34,527 nt of DNA from a virus (taxonomy: Duplodnaviria > Heunggongvirae > Uroviricota > Caudoviricetes): the IMG/VR virus record IMGVR_UViG_2667527789_000014. The stretch is one strand, 5' to 3'. The translations under genes were made by a program, and so were the position numbers. Position 1 is the first letter of the stretch; every line of letters starts with the position of its first letter. The notes beneath the pieces are model-generated. The model ran no database searches. It was given only the letters and a program-made list of their open reading frames with translations, and had not been told where the DNA came from. Shown piece by piece: positions 18,333 through 27,997 of this stretch.

Positions 18333-19031
18333 TTACGCTGCATTAAGGGCGCTGATGCGTGCCCTGATGCGCGCCCTGATACTTTTTACGCCAGCGGTAC
18401 GGCTCAGTGCTGCCGCCTGTGCCAGGTATGCGTCTGCCTTTTCCAGTACGGCAGTATCATTAATCGCGGTGGCTCTCGGTTTGCCTGCCTCGTCGCGCAG
18501 AAGATACAGCCCGGCAAATCTGAACCACTTCGCGCGGATTTCCTCATGCAGCCGCCACGTGGTGGTGACGTTCCTGAAGGTGCGCGAAAAATACGGCTCT
18601 ATGCTGTGTCCGGCCTCGCTGTTGTCGGTGGCCCACTGCAACACCGTGTCGGCCACGAAGGCGGGCAGGGTGCTACGGAAGTTGTCCGGCGTGGCCTGGC
18701 CTTCACTGATGGCAATGTCTGCCCAGTCAAGGGCGCGACTCAGGTCGCCCGTGTCGAACAGCCAGATGATGCAGTACACCAGTACCGGGCAGGCGTGGCG
18801 CTTTCCGTCAGCGATATAGCGCTCCGCGACGGGCAGCCAGCGCGGCAGGAGAATGTCGCGCTTGAACGCCAGCCGCTCTTCACGGACCGGAAGACTGCGC
18901 AGCCGTGCCACATCGCGATCAAGCTCCGCGCGTAACAGGTGGAAGCTGACCGGGGAGGCCGTCAGCGCCTCCCGGCGTTCGAGTGCCTCCTGTGTGCGGA
19001 TTTTCGCCCGGTGTCGCTGGCAGGGTGTCAT
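18333..19031 (-). CDS. terminase endonuclease subunit (P2 gpM-like)
   Basis: 232 aa, between the major capsid and head completion genes, matching the P2 O-N-M-L order. Confidence 0.55.
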   Translation of the reverse strand: MTPCQRHRAKIRTQEALERREALTASPVSFHLLRAELDRDVARLRSLPVREERLAFKRDILLPRWLPVAERYIADGKRHACPVLVYCIIWLFDTGDLSRALDWADIAISEGQATPDNFRSTLPAFVADTVLQWATDNSEAGHSIEPYFSRTFRNVTTTWRLHEEIRAKWFRFAGLYLLRDEAGKPRATAINDTAVLEKADAYLAQAAALSRTAGVKSIRARIRARISALNAA

Positions 19032-19048
19032 TGCGCCGCCCTCTGTGC

Positions 19049-20077
19049 TTATGCGCCGCCAGATGCGGGCTCTTCTGCCGCTTCTGCGCCCTTGATGGTC
19101 AGCTTGTCGTAGGCCGCGTAAATTTCGTCGTGCTCCACGGCGTAACCTTCCATGCGCAGATAGTTGTTTTCAAAACGCTTGCGATCGTCGTTCCATTCCG
19201 CACGGCGCTGACGGGTGCCGCGCTGCGTGTAGATGTGAAGGTTTGCCAGCGTGGTGACAATCAGGCGCCCTTCCGGCATGAACGGCGGGGTGTATGCTGT
19301 CAGCCCGGCGATCTGGCGACCGATAAGCTGCGCGGCCACTTTTTCCGTGGGGGCGTCAATGGCGTTAAGCAGCGTCACCTTGTCCTGTGCCACAAGATCG
19401 GGCGCAACCAGTACCACCAGATCCGGATGACCGCGATACGACTCATCAATGAGGGTGTGCACGAGGTCTGCCACGGCTGCATCCAGCCCGATAAAGTCGC
19501 CACCCTTGCCCAGCGTCGGGCCAGCCTCCACGATCTGTTTTGCGCTGCGGTCTTTGACGATGGCATGCCAGCCGGTGTTGACGTCCTCGCCGTTTTTGTT
19601 GGTTACCGGGTCGGTATCTTCGGCCACGCTGGTACCGTTAAAGGCAATGCGCAGGATATCCAGCGCGATCTGTCTGTTAACAAAATTCTGAATGCGGTTA
19701 AAGAACTCGTTTTCACCGCCTGCGTTTGCCCAGGTGACCAGTGTGGTGTACAGGAGGTGGGCACCGGAATCGGTTTCAGCCAGCTTGTATTCATTCCCGG
19801 TAACACCCAGCGGAAGGGTGAAGCGGGCATTTTTTTTACGTCCGGTATGGAGGCCCGGAACGCCGGTGGTAACCACCTGGCCTGTCACCTGTTCAACATC
19901 CAGCACGTTCGGCAGTTTTGATAAAAACTCGTCGGAGTGCATGATGGCGTCACGCAGCGCGGTCTCCTTCGGGTCAGACAGCGCAAAATAGCGTGTGACG
20001 TCGTCAACTCCGTTTGCCGCACCCAGCCCGGCAGCGTACTTACGAAGCAGTGATTCGGTTTTCTGGTTCAGTTGCAT
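19049..20077 (-). CDS. major capsid protein (P2 gpN family)
   Basis: 342 aa. Segments GKGGDFIGLDAAV, HPDLVVLV and ANLHIY align with P2 N as I recall it (GKGGDYASLDALV, DPDLVVIV, ENLSIY). Confidence 0.75.
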   Translation of the reverse strand: MQLNQKTESLLRKYAAGLGAANGVDDVTRYFALSDPKETALRDAIMHSDEFLSKLPNVLDVEQVTGQVVTTGVPGLHTGRKKNARFTLPLGVTGNEYKLAETDSGAHLLYTTLVTWANAGGENEFFNRIQNFVNRQIALDILRIAFNGTSVAEDTDPVTNKNGEDVNTGWHAIVKDRSAKQIVEAGPTLGKGGDFIGLDAAVADLVHTLIDESYRGHPDLVVLVAPDLVAQDKVTLLNAIDAPTEKVAAQLIGRQIAGLTAYTPPFMPEGRLIVTTLANLHIYTQRGTRQRRAEWNDDRKRFENNYLRMEGYAVEHDEIYAAYDKLTIKGAEAAEEPASGGA

Positions 20078-20088
20078 GTTGCGTATCC

Positions 20089-21138
20089 TTAAACAAAGTC
20101 AAACGGTTTTTCGCTTTCTGCCGGTGTGCCGGCCGGGCGTGGCGTGATGCCGGTGGCTGACAGCTTCGTGGTCAGGTCGTTAAGTTTTTCGGCAATGGCT
20201 TTGATTTCTTCTTTGTCGGTGTCGTCCCGGCGACGGGCGGCAAAGCGGCGGTAACGTTCGCCTTTTTCCGGTGTGATGGCACTGAACGCTTTAATCGCGT
20301 CTTCCAGCTTCGCTTTTGCAGCGGTAAAGGCTTCAGCCTTAACCTCATCTTCCGGGGCGGCTTCCACTTCTTCTGCCAGCTCTGCCACCTCTGCGGCGGC
20401 ATCGGCGATTTCGGCGGCGATTTCCGCGACTTCGGCTTTTGCTTCTTCCGGCGTGTCTGCTGTACCCTCGCCGGTGGCAGCGGCGCTGCCGCCTTCCACC
20501 AGGGTGATCAGCTTTTCAAGCAGTGCTTTAATTTCGTCCATTTTTGCGTCCTCGCCTGTATCAGGCTTACTGGTGTCGGTGTTGTCGGTCTGTCCTGCGC
20601 TGAACAGGCGTTTCAGGAATGATTCAGGTTTACGGGGGGCCGGGGAGGCGTCCGGTGACAGGCTGCCCAGCGTGAACGTCTGGCAGTTCGCCCGCTGTGC
20701 CGTGTATTCCTCGTTGTTCAGGGTGAAGCGTATTTTTTCTGTCCCCAGACTGGCGGGGATATCCGTCACCGCCACGCCCAGGAGATAGTCGCGTCCGCTC
20801 CGGGCGAAGTTCTCCACTATCTCGGCGGATGTGAACAGCTTCTGCCCCAGTCTGTTGGCTTCAATCAGGTACTGGTTAGGGACCAGCCGTGCGTAGAGGC
20901 GGGTTTTACCGTCCTCGCCGGTCTCCGCTTTCAGTGAGTCCACTTCGCCCAGATTACTGGTGTACTGGCGGTGTCCGATTTCTTCCTCATGCCAGGGCCA
21001 CAGCATCGCCGTGTAGGTGTTGCGGGAATAGGTTTCAGCGGCATCAGTCAGCCACTGCGGATCAATTTCGCGGCCGTCAACGGTCGGTCCTGATGTGGCG
21101 ATACATATCCAGTCGGTCATCAACGTTGGCTGCGGCAT
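20089..21138 (-). CDS. capsid scaffolding protein (P2 gpO-like)
   Basis: Start chosen at 21138 (MPQPTLMTDW) with AAAGAGG upstream. Acidic Ala/Glu-rich coiled-coil C-terminal half typical of scaffolds. Divergent from the terminase gene as in P2. Confidence 0.65.
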   Translation of the reverse strand: MPQPTLMTDWICIATSGPTVDGREIDPQWLTDAAETYSRNTYTAMLWPWHEEEIGHRQYTSNLGEVDSLKAETGEDGKTRLYARLVPNQYLIEANRLGQKLFTSAEIVENFARSGRDYLLGVAVTDIPASLGTEKIRFTLNNEEYTAQRANCQTFTLGSLSPDASPAPRKPESFLKRLFSAGQTDNTDTSKPDTGEDAKMDEIKALLEKLITLVEGGSAAATGEGTADTPEEAKAEVAEIAAEIADAAAEVAELAEEVEAAPEDEVKAEAFTAAKAKLEDAIKAFSAITPEKGERYRRFAARRRDDTDKEEIKAIAEKLNDLTTKLSATGITPRPAGTPAESEKPFDFV

Positions 21139-21283
21139 CGTGGCCTCTTTTACGTGAAAATCTGAAGAACTCCGGTGAGTGTCGGGATTTTTACAGCGGG
21201 GGGCTACTGGCTGAATTCGGCTGTCTTCGGATAACGCGGGATAGCCGAACACAGCCGAAATTTTCTGCCTGAATGCGGGCCGG
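21139..21283. promoter_or_regulatory. divergent late promoter region between scaffold and terminase genes, with dyad-symmetry element
   Basis: TTCGGCTGT at 21216-21224 and its reverse complement ACAGCCGAA at 21251-21259 flank 26 bp. The TGT...ACA ends are reminiscent of Ogr/Delta-type activator sites, though the spacing differs from the TGT-N12-ACA I recall. Confidence 0.35.
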
Positions 21284-23110
21284 ATGCGCCGCCATAATGG
21301 GCGCATGGCTAAATATTCTGACGAAATCAAAGAGGCGGCGCGATCGCTTTACCTGAAGCGGTGGCACCCCCGCGATATTGCGGCGGAACTCGGTATTCCG
21401 CCGCGCACGGTTTACCACTGGTGTGATGTGGGGCAGTGGGCTACCCTGCTGCCCGCTGAATCCGTTGAGGACGTGATCGCCCGGCGTATTGATGTGCTGA
21501 CTGGACGGGAGGGCAAGACAGAGTGTGAACTTGCCGAACTGCGTGAACTTATCGCGCAGCACGTGAAGATCATCGCCCAGAAAAACAAACACGCTGAAAG
21601 GATGGCGGAAATTGCCGCCCTGCGTCCGGCAGGGCATGAGGACGGCGTGGCTGCGGGGACCTGCGGCGGGGGAGAAGGGAAAAAGCGGCGCTACCGGAAA
21701 AACGACGTTTCCGGACTGACTGCTGAAATGCTGGATGAATGGGCGCGTAAAAATCTTTATGCCTACCAGCTGCACTGCCGCGAGAACCGGCACCGTGAGC
21801 GCCGTTTCATCCTCAAGAGCCGCCAGATCGGCATGACCTGGTATTTTGCATGGGAGGCGTTCGAAGATGCGGTGGTGACCGGTGATAACCAGATTTTCTT
21901 TTCTGCGTCACGGGTACAGGCGGAAATCTTCCGTGAATATATTATTAACTTCGCCCTGCAGTTCGGGATCACGCTCACGGGTAAGCATATCCGTCTGAGC
22001 AATGGTGCAATGCTGCGTTTCCTGCCCACCAATGCCAGTACCGCCCAGGGATTTAACGGCCACCTTTACGGCGATGAGGTGTTCTGGATCCCAAAATTCA
22101 CGCGACTGCATGAAGTGGCCTCGGCAATGGCGACCCACGACAAATACCGCACGACGTATTTTTCCACACCCAGCGCCAAAACCCACCAGGCTTATCTGGT
22201 CTGGAATGGTGACGACTGGCGCGGGGATGACCCGGCGCGTCGTGCTGTTGAGTTTCCGAAAGAAAGCGCGATGCGTGTGGGCTGTGAATGCCCTGACGGG
22301 ATCTGGCGCTACATTATCCGGCTGGAAGAGGCGGTGGCGGGTGGCCTGTCTGCTCGGGTTGATATTGAACGTATCAGGAACCGCTACAATCCGACCACTT
22401 ACGCGATGCTGTACGGCTGCGAGTTTGTTGACAGCAAGGATGCGGTATTTAAGTTCTCCGAACTGGTCAGGTGCGAGGTGGAGATGGAGACGTGGGGTGA
22501 CTACGATCCCACGGCGGCACGTCCGTTCGGCAATCGTGAGGTGTGGGCGGGCTTTGACCCGTCAAGGTCCGGGGATAATTCCACGTTTGTAATTGTGGCT
22601 CCGCCTGTCCATGAGGGCGAGCGGTTCCGTGTGCTCGCCGTCTGGCAGTGGCAGGGATTTAACTTCACCTGGCAGGCCGATCAGATCCGCGAACTGATGC
22701 AGCGTTTTAACATTACCTATATCGGCATAGATATCACCGGTATCGGGAAAGGGGTGTTTGATATCGTCAGTCGCTTTGCGCCACGTGAGGCTAACGCCAT
22801 TCTTTACAGCGTGGAGAGCAAAAACCGCCTGGTGATGAAAATGATAGACGTGGTGGCCCATAAGCGTATCGAGTGGGCGAAAGACGCCATTGATGAGGCC
22901 AGCCGTGAACGCACGGAGATCCCCGCGTCGTTCATGTCCATACGCCGCACCACCACAAAAAGCGGTAACGCGCTGACGTTCGTGGCGGAACGGTCGGATG
23001 TTACGGGGCATGCGGATGTGTTTTTTGCCATTTCGCACGCCGTGATTAATGAGCCTGTAGATTATGACTATGAACGCCCGTCCACATGGGCCTTCGGGAA
23101 AGCCGCATGA
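21284..23110 (+). CDS. terminase ATPase (large) subunit (P2 gpP-like)
   Basis: 608 aa with an N-terminal helix-turn-helix-like segment and a large ATPase/nuclease body. Divergent from the scaffold gene. Stop overlaps the portal start (ATGA). Alternative start at 21305. Confidence 0.75.
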   Translation: MRRHNGRMAKYSDEIKEAARSLYLKRWHPRDIAAELGIPPRTVYHWCDVGQWATLLPAESVEDVIARRIDVLTGREGKTECELAELRELIAQHVKIIAQKNKHAERMAEIAALRPAGHEDGVAAGTCGGGEGKKRRYRKNDVSGLTAEMLDEWARKNLYAYQLHCRENRHRERRFILKSRQIGMTWYFAWEAFEDAVVTGDNQIFFSASRVQAEIFREYIINFALQFGITLTGKHIRLSNGAMLRFLPTNASTAQGFNGHLYGDEVFWIPKFTRLHEVASAMATHDKYRTTYFSTPSAKTHQAYLVWNGDDWRGDDPARRAVEFPKESAMRVGCECPDGIWRYIIRLEEAVAGGLSARVDIERIRNRYNPTTYAMLYGCEFVDSKDAVFKFSELVRCEVEMETWGDYDPTAARPFGNREVWAGFDPSRSGDNSTFVIVAPPVHEGERFRVLAVWQWQGFNFTWQADQIRELMQRFNITYIGIDITGIGKGVFDIVSRFAPREANAILYSVESKNRLVMKMIDVVAHKRIEWAKDAIDEASRERTEIPASFMSIRRTTTKSGNALTFVAERSDVTGHADVFFAISHAVINEPVDYDYERPSTWAFGKAA

Positions 23111-24159
23111 GCAAGAAACGCAGAAACAAAACGTCACGCGTGACGAAAAAAGCATTCACGCCCGCACGTGGCAGCACAATCACGTTTGGTCAGCCGGAAC
23201 CGGTGCTGACCACCGGCACGGACTACCATAACATCTGGTATGACAACGAACACAACCACTGGCAGCTGCCGATTAACCGCCTGGCACTGGCGCAGCTCCC
23301 GAACCTTAACGCCCAGCACGGTGGGGTGCTGTATGCCCGCCGTAACATGGTGGCGGGGGGCTATACCGGTGGTGGCCTCACAACGGACCAGATGGAACAG
23401 GCGGTATTTGACTACCTGTTGTTCGGCGATCTCGCCCTGCTCAAGGTGCGTAACGTATTCGGCGACGTCGTGGCACTTGAGCCGCTTCCGTCGCTGTATC
23501 TCCGGCGCCGCAAAACCGGTGAGTTCGTGGTGCTTCAGGAAGGCCCCGCGCTGGTCTATACGCCGGAAGATATTATCTTTCTGCGGATGTATGATCCGCG
23601 TCAGCAAATTTACGGGCTGCCGGATTATATCGGTGGCATTCACTCGGCGCTGCTGAACAGCGAGGCCAGCCTTTTTCGTCGCCGTTACTACAACAACGGG
23701 GCGCATATGGGGTTTTTGCTGTATACGAACGACCCGGGGATCACCACGGAGATGGAGGATGAGATCCGCGAGAAGGTGGCGGAGTCTAAGGGGCTGGGAA
23801 ATTTCCGCAATCTGTACATCAACATCCCCAAAGGTTCGCCGGATGGGGTGAAAATTATTCCGATTGGTGAGGTGAGCGCCAAGGATGAATTTTCAAACAT
23901 CAAGGGGATCAGCGCCCAGGATGTGTTTACGGCACACCGCTTTCCTGCCGGTCTTGCGGGGATCATCCCCACGAACGGGGCCACCATCCCTAACCCGGAA
24001 ACGACGCGTGAAACGTACCGCAAGGATGAGGTGATACCGCTTCAGCGTAAAATCATGAACGCCGTGAACAGCGATCCCGATATACCGGAACACCTTTATC
24101 TTCGTTTTGATGTGGATGCCGGGCATGTGGCGGAAGAAAAAGCGGTGCCGGTCGGGTAA
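23107..24159 (+). CDS. portal vertex protein (P2 gpQ-like)
   Basis: Start at 23107 (MSKKRRNK) overlaps the terminase stop. Follows the terminase gene as Q follows P in P2. Confidence 0.75.
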   Translation: MSKKRRNKTSRVTKKAFTPARGSTITFGQPEPVLTTGTDYHNIWYDNEHNHWQLPINRLALAQLPNLNAQHGGVLYARRNMVAGGYTGGGLTTDQMEQAVFDYLLFGDLALLKVRNVFGDVVALEPLPSLYLRRRKTGEFVVLQEGPALVYTPEDIIFLRMYDPRQQIYGLPDYIGGIHSALLNSEASLFRRRYYNNGAHMGFLLYTNDPGITTEMEDEIREKVAESKGLGNFRNLYINIPKGSPDGVKIIPIGEVSAKDEFSNIKGISAQDVFTAHRFPAGLAGIIPTNGATIPNPETTRETYRKDEVIPLQRKIMNAVNSDPDIPEHLYLRFDVDAGHVAEEKAVPVG

Positions 24160-24196
24160 AATGTCCTCCCCGGGATACGTGTTATCGGGAGGTAAG

Positions 24197-24460
24197 ATGC
24201 GGATTTTTAAAGCCCGGTGTCCGGACTGTGGCGCACCTGCTGTCATCCGGAAGACAGACTGGAAAACCCCTGAACTTGCGGATCTGTACTGTGCATGCAG
24301 TGATGTCGAATGCGGGCATACCTTCGTCTGTACGATGACCTTTTCCCATACCCTCAGCCCCGGCGCCCGCTCCGGTCGCAATATGGTGAAGTTTCTTGTT
24401 GATGCCATGTGCCCGGAAGATCGCCGGTATGCGCTTGAACTACTGTCGCGGCGTTCCTGA
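24197..24460 (+). CDS. ogr: Ogr/Delta-family zinc-finger late gene activator
   Basis: 87 aa starting MRIFKARCPDCG, with a C-x2-C...C-x4-C arrangement (CPDCG ... CACSDVEC) like P2 Ogr. GGGAGG lies 4 nt upstream of the ATG. Confidence 0.7.
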   Translation: MRIFKARCPDCGAPAVIRKTDWKTPELADLYCACSDVECGHTFVCTMTFSHTLSPGARSGRNMVKFLVDAMCPEDRRYALELLSRRS

Positions 24461-24487
24461 CGCGCTTCGCTTGTCTGCTGCTTCGCC

Positions 24488-24510
24488 GGGGCAAAAAGAA
24501 TTTTTGCCCC
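24488..24510. terminator. bidirectional hairpin between convergent ogr and early-operon genes; also a cos-site candidate
   Basis: GGGGCAAAAA-gaa-TTTTTGCCCC is a perfect 10 bp inverted repeat between the ogr stop (24460) and the stop of the minus-strand gene at 24526. Confidence 0.5.
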
Positions 24511-24525
24511 GACTCACCAGCTCCT

Positions 24526-24852
24526 TTAACGGAATGCAGCGCCGTAGATAAACAGAATTCGCTTCATGATTTCGCTGCGCTTGCAGGCTTCGATGACTGA
24601 TTTTTCCTGCTGCTGTTCAGCCCGTTGCGCCAGTTCCTGTCGTTCCTTTTCCGTTGGCTTCCGGTAATGCGTTATCTTGTCCGTGTACCCGTCCACAACC
24701 AGCAACCCTTCCCGTACCATTTTTCCGGCGGCCTGATTAATGACGGTTCTTTTCACGCCCAGTTTTTCTACCAGTTCTGGGGCGCTGAAACGTGCGTGCG
24801 TTTCCAGGTAGCGTAAAATGATTTCCTTTCCGGTCATTCCTGGGGGCTTCAT
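24526..24852 (-). CDS. winged-helix DNA-binding protein (108 aa), last gene of the early operon
   Basis: Start at 24852 (MKPPGMTGKE) with AAGGAG 7 nt upstream and an ATGA overlap with the upstream gene. The central region looks like a helix-turn-helix. Confidence 0.5.
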   Translation of the reverse strand: MKPPGMTGKEIILRYLETHARFSAPELVEKLGVKRTVINQAAGKMVREGLLVVDGYTDKITHYRKPTEKERQELAQRAEQQQEKSVIEACKRSEIMKRILFIYGAAFR

Positions 24853-25019
24853 TTGGCGGCTCCTTCGTTGTTCCGGCGTTCCCGGAGTTCGGTCAGTGCT
24901 GCCAGTAAATTCTCCCACCATGTTTCTTCCACGACCGGGTTTTGTCGTGAAAGCAGCTGCTGCGCCGACTCAATCATTTTCGTAAGCTCTCTGTCGCTGA
25001 TCCTCCTGGTGCTGTTCAT
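24849..25019 (-). CDS. hypothetical small protein (56 aa)
   Basis: Start at 25019 (MNSTRRISDREL) with AAGGAG 6 nt upstream. Translationally coupled to the downstream gene. Confidence 0.4.
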   Translation of the reverse strand: MNSTRRISDRELTKMIESAQQLLSRQNPVVEETWWENLLAALTELRERRNNEGAAK

Positions 25020-25067
25020 GGTGCGCTCCTTTAGTTGGCTGTTTCTGGTTATGTTCATGGTCTTTGT

Positions 25068-25472
25068 TTACCTGCGTGATTGTCTGCCAGCGGCTGAATG
25101 CACATAGCGGGCAATTGCCGCTTTGCGGTTAATCGATGCCAGTGTTCTGGTCAGTTCTGCGTTGTGTTTGTGTGCCTGCTCTTCGTGGTACTGCCGCATG
25201 ATTTTTCCGGCAGGCGTGAGCGGCTCCGGCTCTCCGGGCGGACGGCGCGGACGAACGGCGACAAGCCAGCTGCGGTTGGTGCTGTCCGGTCGTCCGTTGA
25301 GTATGTCGGTGATGATGGCCGTGGTGGTGCGATCGGGACTGACGACCGTGATTTCCAGCTCATCGCCCGGTTGTGGCCCCGTGGCAATGTTGTTCAGGGT
25401 CAGTAAGGGCGTGCGCTGGCGCATCATTTCGTCAAAGCGCTGGCGCTGCATGGCACAATAAAAGCGGGTCAT
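25068..25472 (-). CDS. hypothetical protein (134 aa) downstream of the replication gene
   Basis: Overlaps the replication gene stop by 4 nt. No recognisable motif. Confidence 0.45.
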   Translation of the reverse strand: MTRFYCAMQRQRFDEMMRQRTPLLTLNNIATGPQPGDELEITVVSPDRTTTAIITDILNGRPDSTNRSWLVAVRPRRPPGEPEPLTPAGKIMRQYHEEQAHKHNAELTRTLASINRKAAIARYVHSAAGRQSRR

Positions 25473-27997
25473 TGTGGCGCCTCCGTATTCGGTGCGGGGG
25501 TGATATCAATGCGGCGGGTGCTGTCATTCCAGTACGCGGTGCGTCCGTCAGCCAGGCGCACGCGGGCACCGTGACGGACGGAAACGACGGCGCTTTCATG
25601 CAGCTGCACGCCCAGCGCATCAAGCTCGCGGGTGATTTGTGCGGTGATGTGTGGCTCAGCGGTCAGAGCGACACTCACGCGAACGCCGCCAGCGGGCGCA
25701 CTGATGCCGCCGTTTTTCACGGTTTCCGTGTCAGGTGGCGGGTTTTTCAGCTGCCTGGTGAGTTGTTTTCGCTCTGTGGGGGTCAGTGACCTTAACCATT
25801 CACCCAAATCACCTTCCGGCAGGGTAAGTCGCTGCTCCCTGCGTCCGTCCGGCTGCCTTTCTGGCGGGTCGTTTATGGTCAGATTCTGGTCAGGGGGACA
25901 GTTATTGCCACGAGTCCAAGGTGCGGCAAAGCCGCACTCAACGTCAAAACCCTCGTCCGTGCGGTCTTCGTTTTCCGGCTTACGTCTGACCAGTTTCCAG
26001 GTGTCCGGGTGGGTGCATATGGTGTAGCGCTCCCCGAGTGACGGGGCGCGGACGCCGTAAATGCGTTGCGGGAATTCGCCGTAGTCGTTGGCCTCTTCGG
26101 CAGTTTCGTATGCGGTGCGGACCAGGTACGTGTTGCGGGGAATGAGCACACCACCCTGGCGGGTGATATAGGTGGCAAAACATCCCACGTCGGCGGCGGC
26201 CAGTATGGCGTCAATGTCGTCATGGTCCAGACGCTGCGGGGCAGCCGGGTTACGGGCCATCTGCCCGGCAAGGCGGCGGAGTTCTCGCCATACCTGGCGG
26301 GGAGGGATACCGAAGAACTGGAACTGGCGGATGCGGTGAAGGGCCGCCCAGCCGATGGCGTTCTCCACGGTTTCGGCCATGGTTTTGCCTGATTCCTTAT
26401 CGACGTAAGGTTTGCCGGTTTTCGGGTCATTCCCCATGAAGGCGCTGGCGTCCAGGTTCTTACCGATATAGGTCGCGATATAGCTCGCCGGTGTGCCTTT
26501 TGCCGGGTCGATTTTTTCGCATTTAAAACGCGGGGAGATATCATCACCCAGCTCTGCGCGGTCCTCCCTGATGGCGGCGTTGCGCATGATTTCAGTGATA
26601 CGGGCTTCGTTTTCCGGGCTGGTGAATACCAGCATGTGCCAGTGCGGTGTACCGTCGTGGTGGGGCTCCACGGTGCGCACGCCGTACCAGCCCAGCCCGG
26701 CCTTGTTGATGGCCCTGCGGACGGCGGCGAAAAAGCGGTAAACCAGATAATCACTGGCATCACGTACCGTTGCTCCGCAGTATTTCGGGTTCAGGCTGCC
26801 GTCATCGTTCACGCTGTGAAAACGGGAAGGGGCTGTGACGGTGACGAAAAACGCCAGGTCGCCGCGTGCTTCGGCGACCTGCTCCATTCCCCGGACGCAG
26901 GCCATCATCTCGTTACGGCGGTTACGCGGATTAGAGAGACCTGCCCAGTAGATATCCTCAAGGCTGAACCGTTCTCCCTCTTCGTTCTCGATGTCCCAGG
27001 CCTTCAGAAAATCGCGGGTGCGCTGGCGTTTTTCGCGCCAGTCCAGTAACGCTTCATGGCTGATATATACCGATGTCTTACGTGACACCAGACCTGCGGC
27101 GCGTAACAGTTCTTCACGCCAGATGTCCCGGAGGTGTCTTAACTGACTGTTCCACCATGTCGCACAGGAAAGGCGCATGACCGCACCCGGCACCTGTTCC
27201 GGGTCGGGGGCGGTGCGGCGGTCGGGCCTGATTTCCAGCGACGGCCAGCAGGGTGGCGTGATACCCAGTTTTAACGCCATGTGTGCCAGTGGCTGGTAGG
27301 TCAGTAACCAGGTGAACAGGTCATCGTCACCCCTGCCGGTCTTTTCGATGACCTCATCACATGCGCGCTCCAGTGCGGTGGAAAACGCGGTGGCGGTCAG
27401 GGTGGCAAGGCGCTGGATTTCGTCACGGCTCAGCTGCGGCAGCATAAGCAGTTCATCCAGCCGTTCGCGCGCGGCGGTGGCCTTAAAGGCCGGGGTGGCA
27501 AAGCGATCATTCACACGGGCGATACGTTTCAGGCGGGCACGCAGCCCGTGACGAACGAAGTTATCCGCCGCGTATGCGCTGTTGTTCTTAAGCCCTTCCC
27601 GGCGTGCGCTCTCCTGTTTGCGGCTCAGGCGTGCCAGGTCACGGATGAGCGGACCGGCAAGAAACGGCGGCAGGGCGCGCAGCTCTGCCATGGCTTCAGA
27701 TACCAGCGTTGGCGGATTCTCGTGTTTGTGCCGCGCCAGTTTTTCCAGTCTGATCCGACGCTCTTCGTCGTGGTGAAGATGCGAATTAATTCGCTTGCCT
27801 TCGTCTGTGTTTGTCAGGAAGTCGACGGTCTCTTCATCCAGTCTTGCATCAATGCGAATGTCTTCGTTGATGTAGCTCTGAATGGCCTGGCGCAATGCGG
27901 TTGGTTGCGCTCTGCCGAATGTTTCAGGATCGATAACCGGTAGCGGGGCGTTCCACGGGTACGCCAGTTGTGCGTTATGGTCGCTCATGCGTCGCAC
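25469..27997 (-). CDS. rolling-circle replication initiation protein (P2 gpA family)
   Basis: 842 aa. Contains the HUH-type motif in DGTPHWHMLVF and the paired active-site tyrosines in YIATYIGKN, as in the P2 A nickase family. Confidence 0.8.
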   Translation of the reverse strand: MRRMSDHNAQLAYPWNAPLPVIDPETFGRAQPTALRQAIQSYINEDIRIDARLDEETVDFLTNTDEGKRINSHLHHDEERRIRLEKLARHKHENPPTLVSEAMAELRALPPFLAGPLIRDLARLSRKQESARREGLKNNSAYAADNFVRHGLRARLKRIARVNDRFATPAFKATAARERLDELLMLPQLSRDEIQRLATLTATAFSTALERACDEVIEKTGRGDDDLFTWLLTYQPLAHMALKLGITPPCWPSLEIRPDRRTAPDPEQVPGAVMRLSCATWWNSQLRHLRDIWREELLRAAGLVSRKTSVYISHEALLDWREKRQRTRDFLKAWDIENEEGERFSLEDIYWAGLSNPRNRRNEMMACVRGMEQVAEARGDLAFFVTVTAPSRFHSVNDDGSLNPKYCGATVRDASDYLVYRFFAAVRRAINKAGLGWYGVRTVEPHHDGTPHWHMLVFTSPENEARITEIMRNAAIREDRAELGDDISPRFKCEKIDPAKGTPASYIATYIGKNLDASAFMGNDPKTGKPYVDKESGKTMAETVENAIGWAALHRIRQFQFFGIPPRQVWRELRRLAGQMARNPAAPQRLDHDDIDAILAAADVGCFATYITRQGGVLIPRNTYLVRTAYETAEEANDYGEFPQRIYGVRAPSLGERYTICTHPDTWKLVRRKPENEDRTDEGFDVECGFAAPWTRGNNCPPDQNLTINDPPERQPDGRREQRLTLPEGDLGEWLRSLTPTERKQLTRQLKNPPPDTETVKNGGISAPAGGVRVSVALTAEPHITAQITRELDALGVQLHESAVVSVRHGARVRLADGRTAYWNDSTRRIDITPAPNTEAPQ

